Of a DNA stretch of 64,000 nucleotides, positions 23,433 through 37,344 are shown piece after piece; the first letter of the stretch is position 1; every line of letters begins with the position of its first letter. The notes under the pieces were generated by a model. It saw only the letters and a program-made list of their open reading frames with translations, searched no databases and was not told the DNA's origin. The stretch spans positions 14,634,001 to 14,698,000 of the forward strand of contig CM075988.1 of NCBI GenBank assembly GCA_038087875.1, read 5' to 3'. Origin of the DNA: Malacoraja senta (taxonomy: Eukaryota). Both the position numbers and the translations under genes were made by a program.

Positions 23433-24519
23433 TGTAAAAATAAGTCACCCATGAGTAGGAAGAAGTTGTATTAAGAATAGAGTTAAGCATATAAGTAGTA
23501 GCTGAATAAGGCAAGATGGCCTTAATGATGTTGTAAACTGAAGAAGGGTCTCGACCCGAAATGTCACCCATTCCTTCTCTCCAGAGATGCTAAGTTACTC
23601 CAGCATTTTGTGTCTATCTTTGGCCTTGATGATGGCTCCTTTGAACTTATCCTGAACTACACCTTGTTTTCTGCACCCCAAAACCTTTGATTTTCCCCAA
23701 AGAATAAAATATCTCTTTACCTCAGCCTTGGCTATATTCAGCAATTTAGCTCTATGATATTCTTTCTTGGAGAATTCCAAACATTAATGATCCTTACTGC
23801 CGAAATATCCCTTTCTTTCCATCTTACGCGGAGAAAACCTATGTAGAGAAAGCATTCTCTCAGCCTCTCCCTTGTTATTGTGTTTGCTGTAATGTTTTTA
23901 TTAGTTACACGTATTTTGCATGACTTATCATTAAAAAAAATCTATTTAATTTAAAAATACGTTTTTGAATACTGCCCACTGTCCCGGATATTTAGAAGTA
24001 TTGACAAAACAACTGTTTTGTCCGCTGGCAGTGAGGGTGGGGAGTATTGCTTGGCCATGAGCCAATGCGTTTTGAAAGACTTCAGCTACACAAGGGTCTG
24101 ATGTTTACAAGCAGTGTGAGCTGTTAGCCCCATTGAGCAAAAATCAATGCCGGAAAGGCTTTGGGAAACTGTCCGATGCAATACACATCAAGATAAAGCA
24201 TGGTAAGAACATTATTGTCAAAGGCAAATCTCAAACATGTGGACGTACTCTACACTCCAAACCAAGAATCTTGTCTACTATACAAAAAAAAGGTCTTTCC
24301 TGGGATTTTCTCTTTGGATTTAAGTGAGACACAATCTGAACCATGCTGCTTAATAAGATAACAAGTGTCAAAGACCAAAACATAACCAGCTGGATTCCTT
24401 ATATTTAATCAATTTATAACTGAAAGGATAAGGTCAGCAGAGGAATGGGAAATTCACCAACTACATAAACTCTTCCAAGTAAGGTATTGAATCGGAAATA
24501 TATTATCGCTGTTTCTTTC

Positions 24520-25185
24520 TTTTCTATTTATCAACACAAGTTCACCAGGTGGGGATGACTTTACACCATGGAATATGGGTGTTGGTGTTAAGACTAACAT
24601 TTATTGCCCCAGCCCATTTGCCATGGTGTTAAACTGCCCCCTTTAACTAATTCGTAGTTTAGTTTAGAGATTTTCCACGGAAAGAGGCCCTTCAGCCCAC
24701 CGAGTCCGCACCGACCAACGATATTGGGTCCAAATGCAGAAAGTCTCTATCAGAGACTCGGGTTCAAACATGACTATGGGTACTGTCTGTATGGAGTTTG
24801 TGCGTGCTCCCTGTGACCGCGTTGGTTTTCTGCAGGAGCTCCAGTTTCCTCCAACATTCCAAAAACGTACAGGTTTGTCGGTTAAATGGCTTCGATAAGG
24901 ATTGTAAATTGTCCTTAGTGTGTAGTACTAGCATTCGGGGTGATCGATGGTCAGTATGGACTTGGGCTGAAGGGCCTGTTTACGCACTGTATCTCTAAAC
25001 TAAACTAAACAAAATGCCTTTGATTAGGGCACTTTGATTAGAAGACTGGCTAAAGAAAGCAACTTAACACCATGTTCCCAAAGGCTATTGGGCTTGGGCA
25101 ATATATGCTAGCGTTACCACCAACACCCATATTCCATGGTGTAAAGTATACCTCACCTGGTGAACTTGTGTTGATAAATAAAAAA
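24520..25185. repeat. Long imperfect inverted repeat (fold-back) enclosing SINE sequence
   Basis: tttatcaacacaagttcaccaggtg...tttacaccatggaatatgggtgttggt (24527-24587) is mirrored at about 25118-25178; SINE tails face outward on both arms. Confidence 0.85.
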
Positions 25186-26004
25186 TATCATAATATCGTA
25201 AAAAAATCATAATATCACAAAATACTTGTGCAAACATGGAGACTCCTTGATTATCATTGGCAATACGAGTGCTGAGTTAAGATAATTTGAGAAGTTTAAT
25301 GGTAGATAGATCTATATAGACCATCTATTTAGAAATTGTAATCTGAAAATAACGAAGGAATAAAGTATGTAGGAAGCAACTGCAGATCATGTTGGTTTAC
25401 ACCGAAGATAGACACAAAATGCTGGAGTAACTCAGCGGGTCAGGCAACATTTCTGGATAGAAGGAATACGCTGATGTTTTGGGTCGAGGCCCTTCTTCAA
25501 ACTCAAAGGAACAAAGTATTTGTATAAACATAATGATTTTTCTATTACATGTTGACTATATTGATATCGGCATGACGTATGAAATTTGCTGAATATGTGC
25601 TTGCACCGCGATATCACATACTTAATTCACAGCAAGTTAACCCATTACATTGTGTTATTCCAAGTGCTTCCACCGCACTAGGTGTGAACACTGGACTCCA
25701 GGACATCGGGAAGTTAGGCCTTGTCTAAGTAGATTTGTGCAAGATGTAACCATAGACCATGCCACTAATATTTTGCAAAAACAAAATCGGTTGAAAGTAA
25801 AACGTTGCTGCAAATACAAAATAATTTAAAACATGCATGTATCCAGTCCAGATTAAGTGTTTCTATCTGAAAATATGACTATTCATTTCCCTCTACAGGT
25901 ACTGCCTGACCCATTGTGATTTTCCAGCAGCTTGTTTTTTCTTTGCACCAGATGCTGGCATCTGCAGCCACTTGTGTCTCTGTGCAACTATTCATTCATA
26001 TTAC

Positions 26005-26405
26005 CATCACCCATGGAGGGGAGCTTCGACCGCCAGCCCTGCGGTCTGCGGTGCTTCTGGCTGCCGCGGCGGGGACTTTAAATCTTCGACCGCCGGCCTG
26101 CGGCCTACACCAACCTGAAGCCGCGGTCTCCGGTGGGGAAGAGCCGATTCTGGACTTACCTGGACTTTTACCTATCTGTACATCTGGAGGGTTGAGGTCC
26201 CGACCACGGGGGAAAATGGAGGAGGACTGGCCAAATTTTTGTGCCTTCTACCAGAGTGATGAATGCTGTGGTGGATGTTTGTGTTAAGTTTTTAGTGTGT
26301 TTTTGTGTGTTCTTTATCATTGTACCGCTGCTGGCAAATTAATTTCACTTGCACTTTGCGTGCAATGTGACGAATAAAACTGATTGTTGTTGTTGTTGAT
26401 TGATT
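26005..26405 (+). mobile_element. GC-rich non-autonomous retroposon-like repeat with a LINE-type tail
   Basis: CpG-rich body with repeated cttcgaccgcc; tail gctgctggcaaatt...gtgacgaataaa plus (ttg)n resembles the tail at 23378-23415. Confidence 0.5.
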
Positions 26406-27696
26406 GTCTTATTTGTAGTCCTCACATCTGTAAAATCTCCATTCAAAAACTTAGCTCATGATCCTGAAACAGGATCTATGAGCACATTCCACAATTTAAG
26501 TGCTGGGGAACTCCAGCATATTTCTGCTGTCAGTGGCCTCGACCTTGCTCATTGCAATGGAACACATACTAAGGAGAGAATCAATTGACAAGTTGGAGAC
26601 ATCTTTGTTCAAGTATACATTCAAAGTCCTGAAGCAAAACACAAAGTGCTGGAGTAACTCAGCGGGTCAGGCAGCATCTCTGGAGAAAAAAGATGGGTGA
26701 CGTTTCGGGTCAGGATCATTCCTCAGTCCTGAACTTGCTCTTCATTACACAAGCAAACATTAGCTGAGCGTAGTGGAACTGCTGGCAAGATTCAGGCTGT
26801 ACACTTTCCAATTTGGAAGAGAATCGCAGTACATTGAGTTAATGAGAATGAGAACTCACAATCTATTGGAGAATGAGGCACAAATTTGGGGTCATTACAC
26901 TTCATTTATGAGAATATATATTGGCCTTGGAACACTACAATATGCACTCACTGAAATTCTATCAGACTTCCAGCACTTATGTAACATAAACTTGGCTTAT
27001 GGCCCTTTAAGTCTGGCAGTTTGAGAAGAAATCTTGTTGAGGTGCTTTTATACTGATAGTGAGATCGATTGGGAAGAGAAACTACTTCGGCTGATTAGTG
27101 CATGTTAACGAGATGTATCACAAAATTAAATCAAGAGTATTTACAAAGCACTTTTCCACCAAGATTCAGTGGAAATCTGGAACTCTCTACCAGCGGTCAA
27201 TTGAAATTAATAAGATGGATCAATGGATCTTTATTCAGATTGGGTTGTTTGGGATATAGTCAATGCCAAGAACAATTAACAATTAACTGAATATTAAAAT
27301 GGGTTACATCAATATAGCAGGGCTGCCAACTCTCACGCTTTCAGCGTGAGAATCACGCCTTGGAGCAAATTCTCACGCCCTCACGCTCATGACCGAGTTC
27401 TCACGCTGAGTTCAGTCCCTGCACAGTTTGTCCCTTTGCGCCACGTGCCAGGGATCTGCACGGTCTGGCGAAGCGCGTCGGTTGCCGGCTGTGAGTGACG
27501 TCGCGTCTCTTCTCTCTTGGTTGGATGTGCAGCCGCCGGGTGTCAGCAGCTCTATGTGCCGGCTGTGAGCGCTGCGCTGCCGGCCGCCGCTGCAGCCTCG
27601 CTCCCTCCCTCCCTCCTGCCCTTCAACTCACACGGCAGCGCCAGCGCCGCCAATCCACGCTGCACCATGCCCGCCAGACTCCCCATTGGGCGGCCG

Positions 27697-27713
27697 GGGA
27701 GAGAGAGGGAGGG

Positions 27714-27757
<44 letters not shown>

Positions 27758-28320
27758 AAGAAAGAAAGGGAGGGATGGAGGCAAAGAGAGACAAGGGGAG
27801 GGAATGTAGAAAGGGGATGAAGGGGGGGGGAAGGAGAAGGAGGGAGGGTGAGGAAAGAGAGGGAGGGGGAGGAAAGAGGGAATGATGGGGGCAGGAGGGA
27901 GGAAGGGGTGGATGGAGGGAGGGGGAAGAAAAGGTGTGTGTGTGTGTGCTTGTGTGTCTGTCTCCCTGTGTGTGTCTCCTTGTGTGTGTGTGTCTCCGTG
28001 TGTGTGTGTCTCCCTGTGTGTGGGTTTCTCCCTGTGTGTGTGTGTCTCCCTGTGTGTGTGTGTCTCCCTGTGTGTGTGTGCGTGTATGTGTGTCTCCCTG
28101 TGTGTGTGTCTCCCTGTGTGTGTGTCTCCCCGTGTTTGTTGTTTGTCTCCCTGTGTGTGTGCGTGTCTGCGTGTCTGTGTGTCTCCCTGTGTGTGTGTCT
28201 CCCTGTGTGTATGTGTGTCTCTGTGTGTGTGTGTGTGTGTGTCTCCCCGTGTGTGTGTCTGTCTGTCTGTGTGTGTGTGTGTGTCTTCCTTTGTGTATGT
28301 GTCTCCCTGTGTGTCTGTTG
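27697..28320. repeat. (GA)n and purine tract followed by a complex (TG)n/ctccc microsatellite
   Basis: Directly visible; explains the low-complexity ORFs in the track. Confidence 0.95.
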
Positions 28321-28649
28321 TCACATCCTGGCCTTAGACAGGGCTGCCAACTCTCACGCTTTGAGCATGAGAGTCACGCATTTCAGCCAATGCTCACGCT
28401 GATGACAGAATTCTCACGCTGTCTTCAGTCCCTACACAGTTTGTCTCTTTTGCGCCACATCACAGCGATTAGTGCAGTCTGGGGAAGCGCGTCAGTTGGC
28501 GGCTGTGAGTGACGTCGCATTTCTTCTCTTCTCTTCTTTCTTGGTTGGATGTGCAGCTGCCGACAACATGAAGCAGCCGGAGATAGAACTAATCAGGTGA
28601 ATTGGTTGTAAAACGTGGGGGTGACCACAATGAGGCCAAGCATCTAGGA

Positions 28650-28860
28650 CAGGGTTCGGCAACCTACGGCACACGGGCCGAATCCGGCCCGTAACCCGAA
28701 AAACTGCGGGGTTTTTTTCCAATTCGTTTTCACGGGGTCGGGGCAGGCAAGCCAACCTGAGAACTGCAGCCAGTCCCTGGGACGCGAGCTGATCTGGGAA
28801 CGGCAGCCAATCCCTGGGCACGCAGCATGCCAACTTGATCATTATGGACAAATTGGGCCA
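28650..28860 (+). mobile_element. hAT/Charlie-like terminal fragment
   Basis: Begins CAGGGTTCGGCAACCtacggcacacgggccgaatccggcccg after tctagga; no partner TIR found. Confidence 0.5.
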
Positions 28861-30614
28861 GCCATGTACATGTTGTATAACTCTGACTCTATGCAGATCT
28901 GAATGGGCTTAGGATGACCATTTAAGCAAAATTGCCCTCACTTTCCCCATTTTGATTCTTGAGATTAATATCCCTTTGCTCTGTTAACAGCGTTAAAGTA
29001 CTTATGAGGTAGAGTCAGGAAAGGGAACATGTTATTTTTTTTTAGTTTGCTTTAATTTGTTAGTTGATTTTTTGTTGACTGCCATAATTTCTGTAACTTA
29101 ACTGTTATAAAGCAGTAATAAGTGATTTTTGTCCAAACAAATGGAACTTGCATAAAATGTTTGCATTATTAGCAGGGCTGCCAACTCTCACGCGTTGAGC
29201 GTGAGACTCACGCATTTCACAAAACTCTCATGTTCTCACGCTGATCACAAAATTATATAATGAGAATAGGACCTGTTTTGATTAACAAATAGTGTAGGAA
29301 GGAATTGCAGATGCTGGTTTAAACTGAAGATAGACACTAAAAACTAGAAAAACTCAGCAGGACAGGCAGCATCTCTGGAGAGAAAGAATAGGTGATGTTT
29401 CGAGTCGAGACCTTCAGCCTGAAGAGGTTGAAAACCAGCCATAAAACACAATGACTGGACATGTGTGTTATCCAATTAAGGGCAGAAATCAGAATCATGT
29501 GTTCATCTTTATTCACGTGACACCATAATACATATATTACAGAAAAAATAATTTAATGGGGTGGCACGGTGACGCAGTGGTAGAGCTGCTGCCTTACTAC
29601 CACATGGGTTTTCTCTGGATATTCCGGTTTGTCCCATATCCGAAAGAAGTGCAGGTTCTGTAAATTGTCCCTGGCGTGATGGATGGAATTGGTGTATGAT
29701 AGATTGCTGGTCGGTGTGGACTTTGTGGGCGGAAGGGCCTGTTTCCATATATATTTTTACATATATATCTTAATTTCATTGAACCATATATGATTGAATA
29801 TGTGGCATTATTTTCGTCTTGTTTCTATATTCAAAGGTTAAGGTTGAAACCGTCTGAAGAAGGGTTTCGGCCCGAAACATTGCCTATTTCCTTCGCTCCA
29901 TAGATGCTGCCGCACCCGCTGAATTTCTCCAGCAATTTTGTCTACCTTTGATTCTCCAGCATCTGCAGTTCCTTCTTGAACAAGGTTGATTGATTTATTT
30001 GTGCAGAACAGTGATGGAAGTCCGACTTTTGCTTTGTTTCTCTGAGTTTTTCCTCTATATATATATATATACATTACATCATGAATATAATCTGATTTCC
30101 ATATATGAATACAGTCATTCATGTGCTGCACCTGTTGATCAGAGCCTGGCTCTATTGTGGAATGTAATTAGGAATGTAATTTAGCCTAACCTTATTCATA
30201 CCTAATCCAATTTAAAGCATAAATGTTGCATTCAAATGCAAGTTTAAAGACTCGCTACAGTATGCACCAGATTGCACAATTTCAAGCTGAAAAATGCAAA
30301 AGCTCCCTACCGTGGGAGGGGGAACACACCCTCCCCCCCACCCCCCCCCCCCGGTCGCTACGCTCCCTCACAATTTCTCACACTCAGCTCTCACCCAATG
30401 TTGGCAGCCCTGATATAGAAAACAAGCATTTCTTAAATTGCAGAGAGCAAAATGGATGACAAGAACAGAGGAAATAGATCTAGATTATCCAAGTGATACA
30501 ATGCTGTTGGTGCCTTCTAAGAGTGCTTGTTAATCATAAGTGATCTGCATTGAGAAGTGTAATCTGAAAATAATACATAAGGGACAAATAGATTTTAAAA
30601 AGCCAGTCCTGGTG

Positions 30615-30850
30615 GTTGTATGAAAAACTGCCGTGACAGGGGGAGTATTTGTTAGGAATGGAAGAGTGAACCAAGAAGCTGCGGAGGGAATGATCCCTTT
30701 GAATGCTGAAGGGGAAAACAAGAGAAGATGCAAACAGGGGTGGAACCTCAATGAAGCTAGAAGAAATTGTGAACAATGATCCATTGATTATGGAGGCTGG
30801 TGAGTTAGAAGGAAAAGATAAAGGGAACCCTATCTCTGTCTTGCCTGGGA
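30615..30850 (-). mobile_element. Penelope-like ORF remnant (RT to GIY-YIG linker)
   Basis: FSIQRDHSLRSFLVHSSIP resembles the PLE motif AFRRDxSLRxSLVHS as recalled. Confidence 0.6.
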
Positions 30851-30861
30851 GAAGAAGAGTC

Positions 30862-32425
30862 ATGGAGTCATAGAGTGATACAGTGTGGAAACAGGCCCTT
30901 CGGTCCAACTCGCCCACACCGGTCAACAATCTCTCAGCTACACTAGTCCCACTTACCTGCGCTTGGTCCATATCCCTCCAAACCTGTCCAATCCATGTAA
31001 CTGTCTGTTTCTTAAATGATGGGATAGTCCCAGCCTCAACTACCTCCTCTGGCAGCTTGTTTCATACACCCACCACCCTTTGTGAGAAAAAGTTACCCTG
31101 GTAAATCTTTTCCCCTTCACCTTGAACCTTTGTCCTCTGGTCCTCGATTCCCCTACTCTGGGCAAGAGACACTGTGCATCTACCCGATCTATTCCTCTCA
31201 TGATTTTGTACACCTCTATAAGATCACCCCTCATGCTCCTGCGCTCCAAGGAATAGAGACCCAGCCTACTCAACCTCTCCCTATAGCTCACACCCTCTAG
31301 TCCTGGCAACATCTTCGTAAATCTTTTCTGAACCCTTTCAAGCTTGACAATATCTTTCCTATAACATGGTGCCCAGAACTGAACACAATATTCTAAATGC
31401 GGTCTAACCAAAGTCTTATACACCTGCAACATGACCTCCCAACTTCTATACTCAATACTCTGACTGATGCCAAAATAATTTTTGACCACCTTATCAACCT
31501 GTGACTTGACCTTCATGGAACCATGCACCTGTACTCCTAGATCCCTCTGCTCTACAACACTACCCAGAGGCCTACCAATTATTGTGTAAGTCCTGCCCTT
31601 GTTAGACATCCCAAACTGCAACAACCTCACATTTCTCTGTATTAAATTCTATCAACCATTCCTCCGCTCACCTGGCCAATTGATCCAGATCCTGCTACAA
31701 TATTTTATAACTATTTTCACTATCTGCAGAATCACTCACTTTTGTATCATCAGCAAACTTGCTAATCTTGCCCTGTATGTTCTCATCCGAATCATTGATG
31801 TAGATGACGAACAGTAACGGGCCCAGCACTGAACCCTGAGGCACACCACTAGTCACAGGCCTCTGGTCCGAGAAGCAACCTTCCACCATCACCCTCTGCT
31901 TCCCTCCATGGAGCCAATTTGCCATCCATTCAGCTATCTCTCCTTGGATCCCATGCGATCTAACCTTCTAGAGCAGCCTACCATGCGGAACTTTGTTGAA
32001 TGCCTTACTGAAATCCATGTACACAACATCTACAGCTCTGCCCTCATCGACCTTTTTGTTCACGTCTTCCAAAAAAATCAATCAGATTTGTGAGACACGA
32101 CCTCCCACATACAAAACCATGCTGACTATCTCTAATTAGCCCTTGCCCATCCAAATGCCTGTATAGTCTATCCCTCAGAATACTCTCCAGTAACTTTCCA
32201 ACTACAGATGTTAAGCTCACTGGCCTATAGTTCCCAGCATTTTCCCTATAGCCCTTCTTGAAAAGAGGCACAACATTTGCCACCCTCCAGTCTTCCGTTA
32301 CCTCTCCTGTATTTAAGGACGACTTATGAATTTCAACCAGGGCTTACGCAATTTCCTCTCTAGTTTTCCCCAATGTCCTCGGATATATCTGATCAGGCCC
32401 TGGAGATTTGTCTACCTTCATACAC
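30862..32425 (-). mobile_element. CR1/HER1-like LINE, about 1.5-kb 3' portion
   Basis: ANVVPLFKKG, NYRPVSLTSVVGKLLE, SQHGF, VTSGVPQGSVLGPLLFVIYIND, SKFADDTK, LVRPHLEYCVQFW; tail (ctatgact)n. Confidence 0.95.
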
Positions 32426-35400
32426 GAGAGGCAAAATAAAATGCAGAGTGGACAGAGTTTACAGATCTGTCAACTATGGTAAAGGGGAAGATATCTCAGA
32501 AGTGTTGGGGTGGAAAGACTCAACTTGTTTTCTCCCTTTTCTCGTGTAGCTTTGTTTAGTTTAGTAAAAGCATAGAAACAGGCCATTTAGCCCACCATCT
32601 CCACACCGTCCATCCATCACCCGTTCACACCATTTCTATGTTTTCCCACTTTCCCATGCAGTATGGGCACTTTTACAGTGGACAATGAACCTACAAACTC
32701 ACAAGTCTTTGCAATGTGCGAGGAAACTGGAGGAAACCTATGCATTCACAGGAAGACTGTGTAGGTTTCCTTCACACAGAGTGCACATGAGTTCAGGATC
32801 AAACACTGGTCTCTGGCACTCTGAAGCAGCAGCTCTACCAGCTGCATCACTGTGCCATGAATGAGATCTGATGCAAAGGTCATTGACCTGCATAAGAACC
32901 TTTGTCTCTTTCCACAGATGCTGACTGACCTGAGGGATAATTCTCTGGTTCTGTTTCTATGTCAAAATAAGCTTGAGAGGCTGAATGGCTTCACAGTGAC
33001 TGTGACTGAACCAAGCAAACCACAGTGAACTAGTAGGCCTTTTGAGATTTCATGAGCTGACGTTAATCTGGTGAGTTCACAGAGTGCCAGAAACAAGATT
33101 AATGTTAATGTTGTGACGACAATCACACTGCACAAAGTTAAAGCCGCATCGAAAACAAACAGGAGATTCCTCACTAAATTGGGAGGGTAGAGATGGGAGT
33201 TTTAGTGGAAGAAGCCAGAGGTGATTTCTCCCAAGCACGCAAGACGGAATTTTATGCTGGTGCCAGGAGCGAGTGTGCAAGATTGAAAACCCCAATCGAG
33301 CCAACAAGCAGCAGAATTGGAACCATGAGGAGATACCGGAGGATCTACAGCAACTCTCCTCATGGTCCCTAATCCCTAGGAAGAGGATCAGAAATTACTG
33401 TCTAGTCCTCAACGTGCATTTTTCAAGCTGGGTTGAAAGAATCAAATTTCATCCATTCACAGAAATTGGAGAAAGAGTTGTTTACTTTAAATTCCTTTTT
33501 GACTTCTATTATAATTTCTCACACTATTTTCAATATCATTGGTAGAATGAATACATAGCCCAGATGAGGTGTTAAACTATTCTAAAAAAACTCCAGCTTT
33601 CATTTATTGATTTAACAGTTTTATGTTTTTGCCTTAGAGTAAGTTGGTCGCCAAGTGTAAAGGTGGAGATACAAGAGACTGTGGGTGTTGAAATCTGGAA
33701 CAAACAACAATCTGCTGGAGGAACTCAGCAGGTTGAGCAGCATCAACTGGGGAAAGGGAGCGGGGGGGGGGGTGAATTGTTGATGTATCAGGCCAAAACC
33801 CTGCATCAGGACTGAGTGGAGAGAGAGGCAGACAGAATAAAACAGAGAGAGGGAGTGGTAAAACATAAGGCAGAGGACCAAGAATCAGTGAAGGCAGATG
33901 GAGCCAGGTAGGGGAAGGGAAGGAGTGGAGTTTATGTGATAGAGGCAAATGGATGATAAATGGAAGCAAAGTAAAAGTGGTCAGGGTGGTGCAGCAGACA
34001 CTGGTAATGCAGCAAAGTGACATCCTTTTCCAGGCATGAAACAAAGGTAACTGTGTGTAGCACTTTAATTGTTAAATTAAGATTTCTGTACATTGGTGGC
34101 TGCATCATTGTGAAGGGAACACATGGTGATAGTTGGTTAGTCACCATCTTGAATGGCTAGTCTTTCTGGTGAGGGTACTCTCCAGTGAAGGTGTTGTTAA
34201 GGAGGGAGCTCCAGTATAAAAAAGGCACAGTAATGATGAAGGACTTGTAACATACTATTAAGTCAGGGTGATATGCCACATAGATTGGAACCTGTGGTTG
34301 GTGGTGTTCCATGTACCTACTGCACTTGTCCTACTTGGTGGGAGAGGTGGCAGGGCTATGAGGAGCCAGGATAATAGACTAACCGAATAACTACAGTGCG
34401 TTTGTAGTCGGCAGCTGCAGTGGGACAATTGTGAGGAATGAAATGAAGCAAACAGAATGGTGTTGAACTTCATGAGAGTCGTTTGTGATGCATTCATCCA
34501 GGCAAACAGTAGGTATTCCATCACATTCCTGACGTGTGCCTTGCGGATGGAGGAAGGGTTTTGGGTTTCAGTAGTGGAGTCTTTTGCTGCAGGATATTCA
34601 GCCCTTGATCTGATCTGATATGACGGGTCCAATGGCGTTTCTGATCAATAGTGACCCTGGGATTGATGGTGGATACCTAGCAAAGGCAATCCCACTAAAT
34701 GTTAAGAACAGGAGCTAATCAAATCCCAATGTGTTCCTTCATTGTAATTGCCTTTGTTTTTGCCTTTCATTCACTCTCCTATTTTGTTGCCTCTTGGCTT
34801 TTTTCGCCTCCTTATCCCTGAAGGCATCAGTTCACCATCAGCTCATCAAATAGACAAATGTGAAGGGTAGGTAATGAGACTGTGGAGTTAGGTCAGACCC
34901 TGAACATGCATCTTCATTATAACTGTCTTTGTTACTTTGCAGACAGCCTTTCCTCCAAAGGGGAGTCTGTACTCCCTGAGGAAGCTGTGGCTTTAGTTCA
35001 GCCTACGTCTGTACACAGTTCACACGCTGATGAAGTGTCTGTTTGTAGACACAAAGAGATTTCCCCACCGTGCATAACAATGTCTACTGAAACTTTCAGA
35101 ATATTTTTGCTCTCTTCAGAACCTTTCGTCAGGCTTTGTGTCAGTTAGATAACAAAATAACAAGATGCAAGATACACTAAGAAGTCCTTGCATGAGTGAA
35201 GGTGGAAACTGCCAGATGGGTAAAACACTCCTTTATGATATTATCTGCTCCAATTTTTCTGAACAGATTTAAAAATACAACAGCAGTAATATAATGATAC
35301 TTTTCACAGACTGGCTATCCTCAGCTGTATCTGTGCCTGCAACAACTTTGCCTGAATGTTTAATTAGTATCCCTACTGCAAACTTCAAAACCAAAATATG

Positions 35401-37344
35401 TCCCCTTGTGAAAGTAGATGTCTGAGTGGCTGCTATTCAATATCTATTTCTGCTGATCTATTTCCTTTGCTGTGATGTGATAGTGCTGGAATACTGGAGC
35501 AAGCTGTATGCTCCAGGCATTTATATTCAGCTGGTTCCAACCCTTTCCTTGCCCACCCATTCAGCTAGAACCAAACCCTCAGCATTTGGCTTTAAGCTTG
35601 CCCATCATCCAAATCTTACTGACATTTGTGCTTATCCTCTATCTATTTATATATATTCCTCCATCTTATCTACCAATCAACAGCTCCTTATCTAGGTCCA
35701 CTTATTACTTGACAATTCATGCCCCACCCCTTCCCCTCATCTCTTTCCACCAGCTATCTCCCCATGACTGCAGCCTTGAAGAAGAGTCCCAATCAAAAGC
35801 ATTGTCTATATACCTCCTCAGATGCTGCCTAACCCATTCAGTTTCTCCTGCAATTTGTTTCTGGCTTAAAATCACAGCATCTGCAGTCTCTTGTGTCTCC
35901 AGTTTATCCATTCCTGCCTGTTGTAAAAATACCAGCGCTAAATTGGCCCAACAGTGACTAACAGAAATCAAGGATTGTATTAGATCAAAAACAGAATCAT
36001 TCAAGATTTCCAGACAAAATATCCTCAAACCAAATGATTCAAGCATTTCAACAAAGAAGAACAAGGAAATCGATTGAGAGTAAAAACAGAATACGATGGT
36101 AAACTTATCGGGACTAGTGGTCAAGAGTGATCATTGTTCCTGAGTGTGGTGACTAGTAATGGATACAAACCTCAGCAACTGTGATCTTCCATGGACTGAG
36201 TCTTCGGTTGCACTTCAAACCTCCATTTTTGTGCGGTTATGGTTACTTACTATCATGGTTATCAAATTATCGTATTTTTAATTGTTATATATTATTTGTG
36301 ACTTATTGCATTTACAGGCCTGTTAAGCTACAGCAAGAAATAATGTAATCATTCCATTGTCAATGACAAACACTCTTGACTCGTTTGATTCTTAACAATA
36401 CTCCATTTGTGTTCAGAGTCTTCAATACATTTCACAACAGAAGGCTGCATGTGCATTGTAGAGTGTATATTACAACTAAGGGAACATATAGTGGCAAATA
36501 AAATGAACTGTTGCAAGCTCAAAAACCCATGTTATTCTTAATGGATAAGGAAACCCATAACAGATGTAACAAAAGTGCAAGCAAAAGAGATGCCCTACCA
36601 ATCTATGGCCATCTGGAAACAGAGAAACAATGCTAGAGATTGTAAGAATCAAAGTGCATTGTACCTTAACACCGTCTCAATCTCTCTCTGTTCTCGCTCT
36701 TTCCCAAACACAAGCCCTTTATCAGGCACTTGATGTTGCAAGGTGCTGAAATTTACAACATCATGTGGAATTCTTCCTCATCTTTCCATCCCAGACATGG
36801 AACTTTCAAATGAATACCTTCCTCCCCCAGATTGCTTTGGTGAGACCCACTGTGAGTGTTCAAGTCCCAGTAGGAGGAGGTGGAACAGTGAGGACAAAAA
36901 TAATTTAAAAGTCCAACTAAAAGAATGGCAAATACAATGCATCTAATTAAGTGCCACCAAAACCAATGGAAACTGCCAAAACCGAAACTCTTGAAATTCC
37001 TGCCTATAGACTTAGAAAATTGAAGCATGAATTCCAAATTAGCCTGATTTTACCACAGAGATTATACTTATCTTAGGTCAACTACACCAAGTAAAAGTAT
37101 TGTGGCCTCATCATCAATATAGTAGCCATCAGAAATTGTGTCTAGTTTCAGTGTTCTTCCATCTACATTCCAGTCCCCAAATAAAATCAACCTACATTAC
37201 ATCAACATTGAGCTACCTGACCTCTCACCCTCCCCCATCGCACCCCACTGCCATTATTTTGCATCGACTGTGCACATATACAACAAATAGATTACCATTT
37301 TACTCTGATTCAAATGATTTATTATTTTACACAACACAACTCAA

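Larger units (their letters stand above)
27318..30412. mobile_element. Non-autonomous DNA transposon (hAT-like TIR CAGGGCTGCCAAC), composite
   Basis: 13-bp TIRs at 27318 and 30400-30412 flanked by atatag on both sides; extra left ends at 28339 and 29173; subterminal ctcacgc motifs. Confidence 0.75.

Noticed and set aside
27420..27700. CpG-rich stretch as a host gene promoter
   Set aside because: It lies within the transposon left arm and is partly duplicated at 28430-28565.
27623..28512. Long His/Thr- and Cys/Val-rich ORFs
   Set aside because: Translations of (TG)n/(CA)n microsatellite.
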